Under the pieces are notes generated by a model. That model searched no databases and was not told where the DNA came from. It saw only the letters and a program-made list of their open reading frames with translations. A stretch of 46,667 nucleotides of DNA from Candidatus Acetothermia bacterium (lineage in GTDB: Bacteria; Bipolaricaulota; Bipolaricaulia; M55B111). Where the stretch lies: positions 1-46,667 of the forward strand of contig JBKGZT010000003.1 in the NCBI GenBank assembly GCA_046543235.1. The letters are read 5' to 3'. Positions within the stretch are counted from its first letter, which is position 1, and every line of letters begins with the position of its first letter. The position numbers and the translations under genes were made by a program. Below are positions 9,179-17,315 of this stretch, in pieces.

Positions 9179-9958
9179 CTACCTCAGCACTCTTTCCTCT
9201 CCCGAATAAAAAGTCATTCTCTTCCCCCGGGTGAAACCAACCATTGTAATCGAGGCGGTCCGCGCAATTCTAACTGCCAGCGTCGTTGGAGCAGAGCGTG
9301 ATACGACGACGGGAACCCGGCTTCTGATGGCCTTCAGGGTCATCTCCGACGAGAGACGGCCACTGGTCAGCAGTATCTTCGTACTCAGCTCGTCTCCAAT
9401 CAACATACCCTTCCCAATTGCCTTGTCAACTGCATTATGTCGCCCTATGTCCTCTGCAAGGCATACGAGTTCTTCCCTGTCGGCGAGGGCGGCGGTATGA
9501 GATCCGCCGGTCTTCTGAAATAGTTTCGCCCGACTCTGTAGTTCCCGCATGAAATCAGATAACTTTCCTGGGTTTTCGATTTCCGGACCGACTCCGACCA
9601 GCTCCAGCCGGTCCAGGTTTTCTATGACGGACGTGGCCATCCCGCAGCTCGAGGTAAGGGCTCGCTTCCTTTCAAAATAGCTCTTAAGGGGTTCCGACCC
9701 GTCGAGGGTTATTTCCAGTCTCTTCCCGGAATCCTCGAGATTCACCTCTTCGACTTCTCCTACACTATCTATAAGCCCCTCCGTCATCAGGAAACCGAGG
9801 CCAAGTTCCTTCATCTTATCCGGGCTTGACAAGAGTGTAGCGACCTCTTGACCATTCACGACCAGCTCAAGCGAGGATTCGACCACTATATCGTCTTGTA
9901 CTCGTTCCACTTCACCTTCCTGCCACCTGGTTACTTTCTTCCTTTCGTACTTCGACAC
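9179..9958 (-). CDS. fdhD: Formate dehydrogenase accessory sulfurtransferase FdhD
   Basis: SSCG, TGGSHTAA, EDIGRHNAVDK, SGRLSSEM, SAPTTLA. Confidence 0.95.
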   Translation of the reverse strand: MSKYERKKVTRWQEGEVERVQDDIVVESSLELVVNGQEVATLLSSPDKMKELGLGFLMTEGLIDSVGEVEEVNLEDSGKRLEITLDGSEPLKSYFERKRALTSSCGMATSVIENLDRLELVGVGPEIENPGKLSDFMRELQSRAKLFQKTGGSHTAALADREELVCLAEDIGRHNAVDKAIGKGMLIGDELSTKILLTSGRLSSEMTLKAIRSRVPVVVSRSAPTTLAVRIARTASITMVGFTRGKRMTFYSGEERVLR

Positions 9959-10036
9959 TTAGACTACACCTCGCACGTTTTTAACTTCCTCCAAGTTAGC
10001 CAGGTCCAGACCAACTATCGGGCCCCACTTGATTAC

Positions 10037-10075
10037 CGGCCGAGAAAGCTCTGGAGAAGCTCCGCCTACTTCTGA
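10037..10075 (-). repeat. Degenerate copy of an intergenic repeat segment (homologous to 14407-14441)
   Basis: By manual alignment, the reverse complement of 10037-10054 matches 14424-14441 at 16/18, and that of 10061-10075 matches 14407-14421 at 13/15. Confidence 0.6.
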
Positions 10076-10109
10076 TTGGAACGTTAACGAAGGAATACCA
10101 TGAACCGGG

Positions 10110-10168
10110 CCAGAGCTTTTTAGCCGACCAAAAACTGTTATAGTCCGGAATAACTATGATGAAAAAAT
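10110..10168 (+). repeat. Degenerate copy of an intergenic repeat segment (homologous to 14424-14478)
   Basis: CCAGAGCTTT-TTAGCCGA..AAAAC..TAGTC.GG..TAAC..GAAAAA is collinear with 14424-14478 and inverted relative to 10037-10054. Confidence 0.55.
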
Positions 10169-10233
10169 TGAGAACATAAAAACTTAAATTTTCAGCGTCA
10201 ACATGGAACCGACCGACACATCGCCAAAGCAAG

Positions 10234-10262
10234 TTGTACAAATCAAGGATCGCGATTATACT
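10234..10262 (+). promoter_or_regulatory. Sigma70-type promoter for the PEGA gene
   Basis: TTGTAC-17 nt-TATACT, followed by GGAGG and the TTG start at 10301. Confidence 0.6.
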
Positions 10263-10300
10263 TTCAAGTAGCTTTATAAACAGTCCCTTGGAGGTCGAAG

Positions 10301-11785
10301 TTGGGCAAAAAACTCAATCTACTTACCTTAACGTTAATTATAGTGGTCCTCCTCCTGAATTTCCTCCCGGGATTCTCTCAATCGGATCAAAAAGAACCGA
10401 GAGGGATCGTTCCGGAGCCATCCGAGGATATACCCCTGGAGGTCGATATTTCGACCAACAGGACGCGTTACCTCCCGGAAGAAGAAGTAAAAATCAACTA
10501 TTCCCTAAATAGGGAATCTTACCTTTACCTCTTTAACGTCGATCCCGATGGCGAGGTCAACCTGTTATTTCCGAACAAATACGATAGGGAAAATAAGTTA
10601 GAAGCAGGGAAAGGCCAACTACCTAGGAAAGGTTATAGCTTTCTCGCTTCAGCGACGGAAGGCGAAGAGTACTTCCAGGCAATTGTTAGCCCGGCGGAGC
10701 TTCCCCTGTTTCCACCGCCGACCGAAGGTTCGGAGAAAGACGTCTTCCGGAGCCTGAGTGACGATCCCGGTAGTTTTGCCAAAGATACCTCCGAGGAACT
10801 CGCCTCGATCGACAGCCCAGACGGCTGGAATACGGACTGGACAAGTATCCAGATAACAAAGAGGACGGGAAGGCTTACGGTCACTTCAACGCCCTCGGGA
10901 GCAAAGATTTACGTCGACGAAAACTTCAGGGGTAGAACCCCAGAGACTATAGCCGTAAAACCCGGTACCCGGAAGTTAAGGTTGCTAATGGGGACCGACC
11001 TTCGCTGGACCGAGGGAGTTCTCATAGAATCGGGCGAGTCCAAGAAGATCCAAGCCCGCCTGGAAAGAATAGATTACGCCACCGTCTCCATCAGTTCCGA
11101 CCCCCCTGGAGCTGAAATCTACGTAGATGGCCAATTAAAGGGTGAAACCCCGAGGAGGTTTTCCGTAGAGGCAGGAGAGCGGACCATCGAGCTCCGGAAG
11201 GAAGGCTACCTGAATCGGGAGAGAGAAATTAGCCTCTACCCTAACGAATCACGAGAACTGAGCGTAGAACTGACCTCCGAAACCGACATCGAGACCTCGT
11301 TTGATTTCGAATTTCCTTTCGGTCTGGGCCTGAACCTGGGTGGCTTTTTTGTAGAACCTTTCTCGCCCGGGCTTGAAATCTCGCTGAACGAATTGATCGC
11401 CGGGATATCTTTCTACGGGAACAGCGACCCCGACCTACCGGAAAGTATCAATTGGAAAGATAGGTCTTACAGCGGGAAAAAACTGGATTACGGTCCCACT
11501 TGGGAAGCATACATCGGATATCCGGTGAGGGTTTATCGAAACCTTTACCTGAGGGGTGGAGCGGGACTTAGCGTCCAACCCCAGGCCCAGCTGGAGCAAC
11601 TAAACTCGGGGGGAGCCGAATCTTCTCTGGTGCTAGCTGCTTCCGTGCCAAGAAACGCCAGCCTCGTCTACCGGTTCGAACCCACGTTTAATGCGGGGCT
11701 GCAGTTCAAGCCCGGAAACTTTTCACTCCAGGCTTCACTTCAATCTCGAAGAGGTCCGGTCATCGGGTTCGGCTACGAGTTTTAA
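10301..11785 (+). CDS. Exported DUF4384 + PEGA-repeat protein with a beta-barrel-like C-terminus
   Basis: Hydrophobic signal peptide; YLYLFNVDPDGEVNLLFPN (DUF4384-like); two PEGA repeats (STPSGAKIYVD..GRTP, SDPPGAEIYVDG..GETP); alternating-polarity C-terminus ending GFGYEF. Confidence 0.8.
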   Translation: MGKKLNLLTLTLIIVVLLLNFLPGFSQSDQKEPRGIVPEPSEDIPLEVDISTNRTRYLPEEEVKINYSLNRESYLYLFNVDPDGEVNLLFPNKYDRENKLEAGKGQLPRKGYSFLASATEGEEYFQAIVSPAELPLFPPPTEGSEKDVFRSLSDDPGSFAKDTSEELASIDSPDGWNTDWTSIQITKRTGRLTVTSTPSGAKIYVDENFRGRTPETIAVKPGTRKLRLLMGTDLRWTEGVLIESGESKKIQARLERIDYATVSISSDPPGAEIYVDGQLKGETPRRFSVEAGERTIELRKEGYLNREREISLYPNESRELSVELTSETDIETSFDFEFPFGLGLNLGGFFVEPFSPGLEISLNELIAGISFYGNSDPDLPESINWKDRSYSGKKLDYGPTWEAYIGYPVRVYRNLYLRGGAGLSVQPQAQLEQLNSGGAESSLVLAASVPRNASLVYRFEPTFNAGLQFKPGNFSLQASLQSRRGPVIGFGYEF

Positions 11786-12165
11786 CTTTCCCGGGTTATC
11801 TCTACCTCCGCGCTTTTAGTCATATTGAGCGCGGCCGGTTTTTTCACTGCGACCTTTACTCTCTTTGCTCTTGGGCTTTCCAGAGCCATGATCGCGACTT
11901 CTTCCGCCAGGGCCTCCACCAGCTGATAGCTGGAGTTCCTCACCGCTTCCCGGATCCGGGATTCCAGTTCGGCGTAGTCGATGGTATACATTAAATCGTC
12001 CGTTTCGCCGGCCCGCTCGAGATCCGTGAAAATAGTCAGGTTGAGAATCAGCTCCTGTCGTGATTCCCTCTCGTAGTCCTCGGTCCCTATGATCGCCCCG
12101 ACGGAAATGCCGTTGATTTTGATCTTGTCGTATCCTTCACCGGAGGTATCATCACAATTGTTCAT
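11782..12165 (-). CDS. folB: Dihydroneopterin aldolase
   Basis: IIG..ER...Q, TIDYAEL, LVEALAEEV and VKKP motifs. Confidence 0.9.
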   Translation of the reverse strand: MNNCDDTSGEGYDKIKINGISVGAIIGTEDYERESRQELILNLTIFTDLERAGETDDLMYTIDYAELESRIREAVRNSSYQLVEALAEEVAIMALESPRAKRVKVAVKKPAALNMTKSAEVEITRES

Positions 12166-12166
12166 G

Positions 12167-12910
12167 TTAACCCTCTAATTCGTGAAGCAGATTCCTGCCG
12201 CCGTCCACGTAAATAACCTGCCCCGTAACGAAGTCCGCACCAAGGAGGTAGAGCACCGCCTTCGAGACATCCGCCTTATCGCCGTGCTTCCGCAGGGGCA
12301 CCCGGTCCGTCCTTTTCTCCAAGTAATCCTCGTCTCTACCGGGAGGTGGTATAATCAAGCCGGGTGCAACTCCGTTGACCGAAAATTCGGGGGCCTCGTA
12401 AATTGCCATAGCCTTTGTCATCCTTCCCAGCAGGACCTTGCTGAAATAATAACCCAGGTGGTTCCAATCGTAGCCTTCTATTCTGGTATCGAGAAGGTTG
12501 ACGATTTTTCCGGTCGACGCTTCATCGGTGAACGCCCTGGCGAGAGCAAAGGGTGCCCAGGCATTGACGGCCAAGTTCCTCCGGAGATCGGAAAACTCCA
12601 GATCCTCTAACCCGCCCTCCGAAAAAATCGAAGCGTTGTTTACCAGGAAATCCAGACCTCCGCTCAATTCGGTTACCTCAGACATGATTTCCGAGTAGTC
12701 CGCCTCTTCACCAAAAGTAGCCTTCAGTGTCCAGGCCTCTACCCCTTTTCCCTTCAGCTCCCGCTTCAGTTCTTCTGCAGCCCGGGCGGAGGACCTGTAA
12801 TGAACCACCACGTCGACACCCATTTCCCCCAGTTTCAGGGCGATCTCGCGACCGATCCTGCAGGCTCCTCCAGTCACCATAGCCGTCCTTCCGGCGAATT
12901 CTTCCCGCAT
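12167..12910 (-). CDS. Pteridine reductase / FolM-like short-chain dehydrogenase
   Basis: TGGACRIG, VVVHYRSS, NNAS, YxxSK, VNGVAPG and VDGGR; 1 nt gap to folB. Confidence 0.85.
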   Translation of the reverse strand: MREEFAGRTAMVTGGACRIGREIALKLGEMGVDVVVHYRSSARAAEELKRELKGKGVEAWTLKATFGEEADYSEIMSEVTELSGGLDFLVNNASIFSEGGLEDLEFSDLRRNLAVNAWAPFALARAFTDEASTGKIVNLLDTRIEGYDWNHLGYYFSKVLLGRMTKAMAIYEAPEFSVNGVAPGLIIPPPGRDEDYLEKRTDRVPLRKHGDKADVSKAVLYLLGADFVTGQVIYVDGGRNLLHELEG

Positions 12911-12967
12911 CGGGAAACTACCTCCTGGCTGAACCGTCGATCGATAATTAACCTCTACATGAAATAT

Positions 12968-14173
12968 TCACTCTATTTCTCCTTTCAGTTCATGGCCCTC
13001 GAACGTCTCGTCGCTTTCTATCAGACGGCGCGCCGCCTTCTTTTTACCCCAGAGCCCCAGCAAAACCACGCCACGGACTTTCCCTTCTTCGGACAGGTAA
13101 TAGATAGCGCCGGTTTCGCCTTCGTTCTTCCAGTCTATAAAGGTGTCCAGACGGGAATCTATCTCGCCCAGGGCCTCGAATCCGAGGTCGAATAGGTCAG
13201 AGAAAAAGTATGGAACGTAATCGTAGGCCTCCTCGGCTCCGGCCATGTTTCTACCCGCCTGCTTTCCCTGCTTGATCGCGTTATCCCAGTGCTCCACCCT
13301 CTTACAATCACCCAGAGCGGCGTACGGGAAATATGCCACGTCCCCGGCCGCGTAAACGTCGGAAACAGTCGTTTCCAAGCAGCCGTCCACTCCTATCCCG
13401 TCAAAAACCTCCAGGCCCGCGCGCTCGGCCAGCTCCACCGAGGGGGCAATACCTATCCCGGCAATTACCACGTCACCTTCAATAGTACGCCCGCTCGAAG
13501 TCTTCACCCGATAAACCCCGTCTTCTTTTGTTATGCTCTCGGGGGTCTCCTCGTTAAATACCTTCACTCCCCTGCGCCGGTAGTCCTCCTGGACGATTCC
13601 TGCCAGTTCCACCGGGAAAATCCTTTCCAGCAGGTAGCGCTCCGGAAAGACCATGGAAACCTCTAAATCATTTTGAGTTAGCGCCGCCGCCATCTCGGAC
13701 CCGATAAACCCTCCACCGATAACCACGGCTTTTTCGGCAGCGCCGAGCTTCCGGTCTACCTCCCTATAATCATCGAGGTAACGATAGTAAATTACTCCAT
13801 CCAGATCCCCGCCGGGAATATCGAGAGTCTTCGGTTGGCCGCCCGTAGCGAGTAACAAGTGTTCGTAACCATATCTATCACCGTTTTCGTCCATGACGTG
13901 CTTTGCGTCGACCTCTAGATCCACGACCTCGGTGCCCAGCTTGACGTCGACCTCGTTTTCCCGATAAAAGTCCTCGGCTTCGATCCGCACACCTTCGACT
14001 TCCTTCCCTTCCTCGAGCAGAAGGTCCTTGGACAAAGGCGGCCTGTCGTAAGGTAGCTCCTCTTCTCTACCTATCAACATAATCGACCCATCTTCATCCT
14101 CATCCCGGATTCCCTTTATCGCGGAGACTCCGGCCAAACCGCTACCGACTATCACGTAATCGTACTCTTCCAT
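12968..14173 (-). CDS. FAD-dependent NAD(P)H oxidoreductase (ferredoxin reductase / monodehydroascorbate reductase-like)
   Basis: GSGLAG, PYDRPPLSK, ATGG, GGGFIGSE, AAGDVA, RVEHW, PYFFSD. Confidence 0.88.
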   Translation of the reverse strand: MEEYDYVIVGSGLAGVSAIKGIRDEDEDGSIMLIGREEELPYDRPPLSKDLLLEEGKEVEGVRIEAEDFYRENEVDVKLGTEVVDLEVDAKHVMDENGDRYGYEHLLLATGGQPKTLDIPGGDLDGVIYYRYLDDYREVDRKLGAAEKAVVIGGGFIGSEMAAALTQNDLEVSMVFPERYLLERIFPVELAGIVQEDYRRRGVKVFNEETPESITKEDGVYRVKTSSGRTIEGDVVIAGIGIAPSVELAERAGLEVFDGIGVDGCLETTVSDVYAAGDVAYFPYAALGDCKRVEHWDNAIKQGKQAGRNMAGAEEAYDYVPYFFSDLFDLGFEALGEIDSRLDTFIDWKNEGETGAIYYLSEEGKVRGVVLLGLWGKKKAARRLIESDETFEGHELKGEIE

Positions 14174-14302
14174 GGTTTACCTCCCTGGAAGTACTTCTTC
14201 TAAAGACACCTCAAAAACGCGACTTAGATTTTGGTTCGCTGAATCTCAGATCTTTCACCCCTTCCAACTCAATTTGGTTGCCGGCCAAGAAATCTCTAGC
14301 TC

Positions 14303-14398
14303 CATAGTGTAGCATCTTATGTGTAAAACTAGCTTTGGAAAACATTCGACAAAACCAGGGATCAATTTCCCCGGCGGGGAATACCCTTTTTCCGATCT
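14303..14398 (+). mobile_element. One-ended copy of the MITE-like element
   Basis: By manual count, 14303-14347 matches 19105-19149 at 40/45, and 14348-14398 matches the reverse complement of 19208-19258 at 45/51. Confidence 0.75.
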
Positions 14399-14479
14399 CG
14401 GCTCGGTCGGAAGTATGCGGACCCCAGAGCTTTCTTAGCCGAAAAACGGTCGTAGTCTGGTTTAACAACGGGAAAAATC

Positions 14480-14956
14480 TCACTGAATAAATTCACCGTC
14501 GAGGAATTTCTCAAGCCTGTCGGCAGTTTCAACCCTTCCAAACCTCCTGTAAGCAAGGGATTCGTAGGCAAGATCCAGGACGGGAATTTCCATTCCTTCC
14601 AGGCTGATAAATTTCTTATGTCTGTCTATATCGATCGGGGGTTCCCATTCACCGTCGTAATATTTCTGGACAGCCCCCATCAATTCGACCAATATTCCAT
14701 GGATCATCAAGGCGCCAAAATGAGACTTGATTCTCTCCGTGGAGGAGAATTCGACTTCCTTGATCACCCTGTCGCTAAAGAGCTCCTCGATCTCGTAGGC
14801 CCCGGACTCGTCGGTCTGGATATCTACGTCGTTCGGGGTAACCGGGACTCCTTGCAGGGCAAAAGAGGTACTACCCGTGACGACCCAGTCAATACCGTTG
14901 TCTTCTATCCTGGAATACAGCTTCCGCAAAACGTTTAAGTGCTCGTCGGGTATCAT
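14480..14956 (-). CDS. Small Pol-beta-superfamily nucleotidyltransferase-like protein
   Basis: WVVTGSTSFALQG....DVDI motif (GS plus DxD). ATG at 14956 preferred over the ORF-track start at 15028. Confidence 0.75.
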   Translation of the reverse strand: MIPDEHLNVLRKLYSRIEDNGIDWVVTGSTSFALQGVPVTPNDVDIQTDESGAYEIEELFSDRVIKEVEFSSTERIKSHFGALMIHGILVELMGAVQKYYDGEWEPPIDIDRHKKFISLEGMEIPVLDLAYESLAYRRFGRVETADRLEKFLDGEFIQ

Positions 14957-15072
14957 GGTATTCCCACCTAACCCGGTCCCATTGCACTCAATCAACCACC
15001 TCGTTACCGGCCATATCCACCCAAGCACCTTACCCGGACCGAGGAATTCCCCTAATTTAAAGTACCTTTGAC

Positions 15073-15885
15073 CTATCCGAAGGCCACGTCGAGCGTCATC
15101 ATGATGGTAAAGCCGACCATCGCCCCCATGGTGGCCAGGTCGGCGTTCCCCTCGAGCTGGGCTTCCGGAATTAGCTCCTCTATCACTACGTAAATCATTG
15201 CCCCGGCCGCAAATGCCAGCGCGTAGGGCAACATGGGTCTGACTACTATAACAGCGATTGCCCCTAGCAGTCCCGATATCGGCTCGACGAAACCGGATAG
15301 CTGGCCGTACCAGAGGCTCCTCAGCCTGCTGAAACCTTCCCGTCTAAGGGGGACGGATACGGATGTACCCTCCGGGAAGTTCTGAATACCTATTCCGAGA
15401 GCCAGTGCAACTGCCCCACCCAGGGAGGCCGACGGCAAATCGACTGCCAGAGCCCCGAAGGCGACCCCAACCGCAAGGCCTTCCGGAATGTTATGGATCG
15501 TAATCGCCAGGATGAGCAAAATACTCCTGTGCAGGCTCGTCTTCACCCCTTCCGCTTCCTCTTCCGGAAACCCCACGTGAAGGTGGGGGATAAAGTTGTC
15601 CATCAGCCTTAAAAAGACCCCTCCGACCAGAAATCCGATCGCGGCGGGTAACCAGGCCGGTAAAAGGTAATCGGAAGCTATATCTATAGCGGGCGCCAGG
15701 AGTGACCAATAACTTGCTGCAATCATCACTCCGGCGGCGAAACCGAGCATGAAGTCGAGTACCTTCTGGTTGACCTCGCGAAACAGGAGAACCACTCCGG
15801 CTCCAGCAGCGGTCATAAGCCAGGTAAACCCAGTCCCAACCAGTGCCTGATAGACGGGCTTCAGCGTTTTAAACCACTCTATCAT
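15073..15885 (-). CDS. ZIP family divalent metal transporter (ZupT/GufA-like)
   Basis: [29 protein letters not shown] and multiple TM helices; ATG at 15885 has a GGAGG SD. Confidence 0.93.
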   Translation of the reverse strand: MIEWFKTLKPVYQALVGTGFTWLMTAAGAGVVLLFREVNQKVLDFMLGFAAGVMIAASYWSLLAPAIDIASDYLLPAWLPAAIGFLVGGVFLRLMDNFIPHLHVGFPEEEAEGVKTSLHRSILLILAITIHNIPEGLAVGVAFGALAVDLPSASLGGAVALALGIGIQNFPEGTSVSVPLRREGFSRLRSLWYGQLSGFVEPISGLLGAIAVIVVRPMLPYALAFAAGAMIYVVIEELIPEAQLEGNADLATMGAMVGFTIMMTLDVAFG

Positions 15886-15977
15886 CTTCAGGACCTCCGA
15901 TACTAACTTGAATAGCCTCAAAAAGTTCCAAAACCACCGAAAAAACCGAGGGAGTCAGGACAAAACCACAGGAAGGT

Positions 15978-16790
15978 TCACCCTAACTCCTCCGCGCTTT
16001 CCTCCAAAATAGAAACCACGGCGTCTCTGGGACCGCCGCCTAAACCGACGACGCCCTTTTCCATCCTTCTATCCTCGAGATCGTACTTCAAAGACCTTCC
16101 TTCGACGTCAAAAACTTCTCCACCGGCTTCCTCCAGAATTACGTGCGGAGCACAGCAATCCCAGATTCCGAGTTTGTCCGTCGTGTAATATACCAGATCA
16201 CCTCTGGCTTCGGCAATAGTACAGAACTTGATTCCCAGGCTACCCATTCTCGTTATTTTCTCTATACCCAGCCGGCGAGAGATCTCCTCGTCCTTTTCGC
16301 TAAAATGGTTCCTGCTGGCGATTAATTTGTAATCGGAGACCGAACCCTTATCAGCAACGGCGAGGTCCAATCTCCTGCCATCTTCTATGAGATGAGAACC
16401 CTCCCCTCTGGCCGCGTACCACAACTTCCCCCGGGCAGGTGCGTAAACGACTCCAAACTCCGGATAGCCATCGACCAGCAATCCAACCATAATTGAGAAC
16501 TCTCCGGTCTTGTCGATGAAATCCTGCGTACCGTCCAGGGGATCAACTATCCAGTAAACGTCGTCTCGCTCACCCTCGATAAGGCCGGTCTCTTCGGCCA
16601 GGATGTTATACCCAGTCCGTTTTAACCCCTCGATCAGGATCCTCTCCGAGGCCATGTCCGCCTCCGTCACCGGACTCTCGTCCGCCTTCTCCTCCACCGA
16701 ATAATCACGGTGATAGTAGCCCATGGCCTCCTCGCCGGCCTCTTTGCTCAGCTCGATTACCTCGTCCCGAAAGTAATTCAGTTCTGTCAC
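15978..16790 (-). CDS. cysQ: 3'(2'),5'-bisphosphate nucleotidase CysQ
   Basis: SPVTEAD, EE, WIVDPLDGT, ASRNH, GSLGIK and WD motifs. Confidence 0.85.
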   Translation of the reverse strand: MTELNYFRDEVIELSKEAGEEAMGYYHRDYSVEEKADESPVTEADMASERILIEGLKRTGYNILAEETGLIEGERDDVYWIVDPLDGTQDFIDKTGEFSIMVGLLVDGYPEFGVVYAPARGKLWYAARGEGSHLIEDGRRLDLAVADKGSVSDYKLIASRNHFSEKDEEISRRLGIEKITRMGSLGIKFCTIAEARGDLVYYTTDKLGIWDCCAPHVILEEAGGEVFDVEGRSLKYDLEDRRMEKGVVGLGGGPRDAVVSILEESAEELG

Positions 16791-16844
16791 GCTTTAACTC
16801 CTCCCAAATACTCCAAATATGGCTTAAGGTAATTTTTGACCGTT

Positions 16845-16853
16845 TGGTAGAAT
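16845..16853 (+). promoter_or_regulatory. Extended -10 promoter candidate (TGnTAGAAT)
   Basis: TG-G-TAGAAT in the divergent gap between cysQ and the ferredoxin gene. Confidence 0.4.
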
Positions 16854-17020
16854 TATATGGAACGGACTGGGTAAAAGAAACGTTTGCGAAACTCAGAGGC
16901 CCCAACCGGCGTCAGCAAAAGAGGGAAGCCCGGTGAGGGGAACGGATTCCCGAGGTCAAGTGTTGATATTGGCCTCCGGGATTCAGATAATCATGGGAAG
17001 CGACGAAAAGGAGGTGCGGT

Positions 17021-17308
17021 ATGCCCTGGGTAAAAGACGACTGCAAGGGTTGCGGGGATTGCCTGGATAGCTGCCCGGCCGATGCCATTACTCTAGAGGA
17101 CGGCAGAGCGAAGATAGATAACGTGATCTGCTCGAAATGCGGCAGTTGTTTCGAAGCCTGCCCTTTTGACTTGATACGGCCAAACTCCGAAAATCCCGAA
17201 TTACGGGGAGATTTCGGGGGAAAAGGCTTGGGTTCGGGGCGTGGCGGAGGAGAGAGGCGCAAGAAGCGAGGAAGCCCCGGTAGAGGTCAAGGGAAGGAGA
17301 GGAGATAA
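17021..17308 (+). CDS. 2x[4Fe-4S] ferredoxin-like protein with Gly/Arg/Lys-rich tail
   Basis: CKGCGDCLDSCP and CSKCGSCFEACP; strong AGGAGGT SD. Confidence 0.9.
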   Translation: MPWVKDDCKGCGDCLDSCPADAITLEDGRAKIDNVICSKCGSCFEACPFDLIRPNSENPELRGDFGGKGLGSGRGGGERRKKRGSPGRGQGKERR

Positions 17309-17315
17309 GCTAAGT

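Noticed and set aside
14211-14483. Short ORFs over the repeat (14211-14483, 14362-14571; also 18904-19107 and 9996-10241) as transposase remnants
   Set aside because: No DDE, HUH or HTH motifs are visible, and the related repeat copies differ by indels that do not preserve a reading frame.
16915-16990. Cobalamin riboswitch
   Set aside because: Only the AGGGAAnnCCGGTG part matches. The GCCACTG/GCAACTG and downstream B12-box elements are absent, and the downstream genes are not B12-related.
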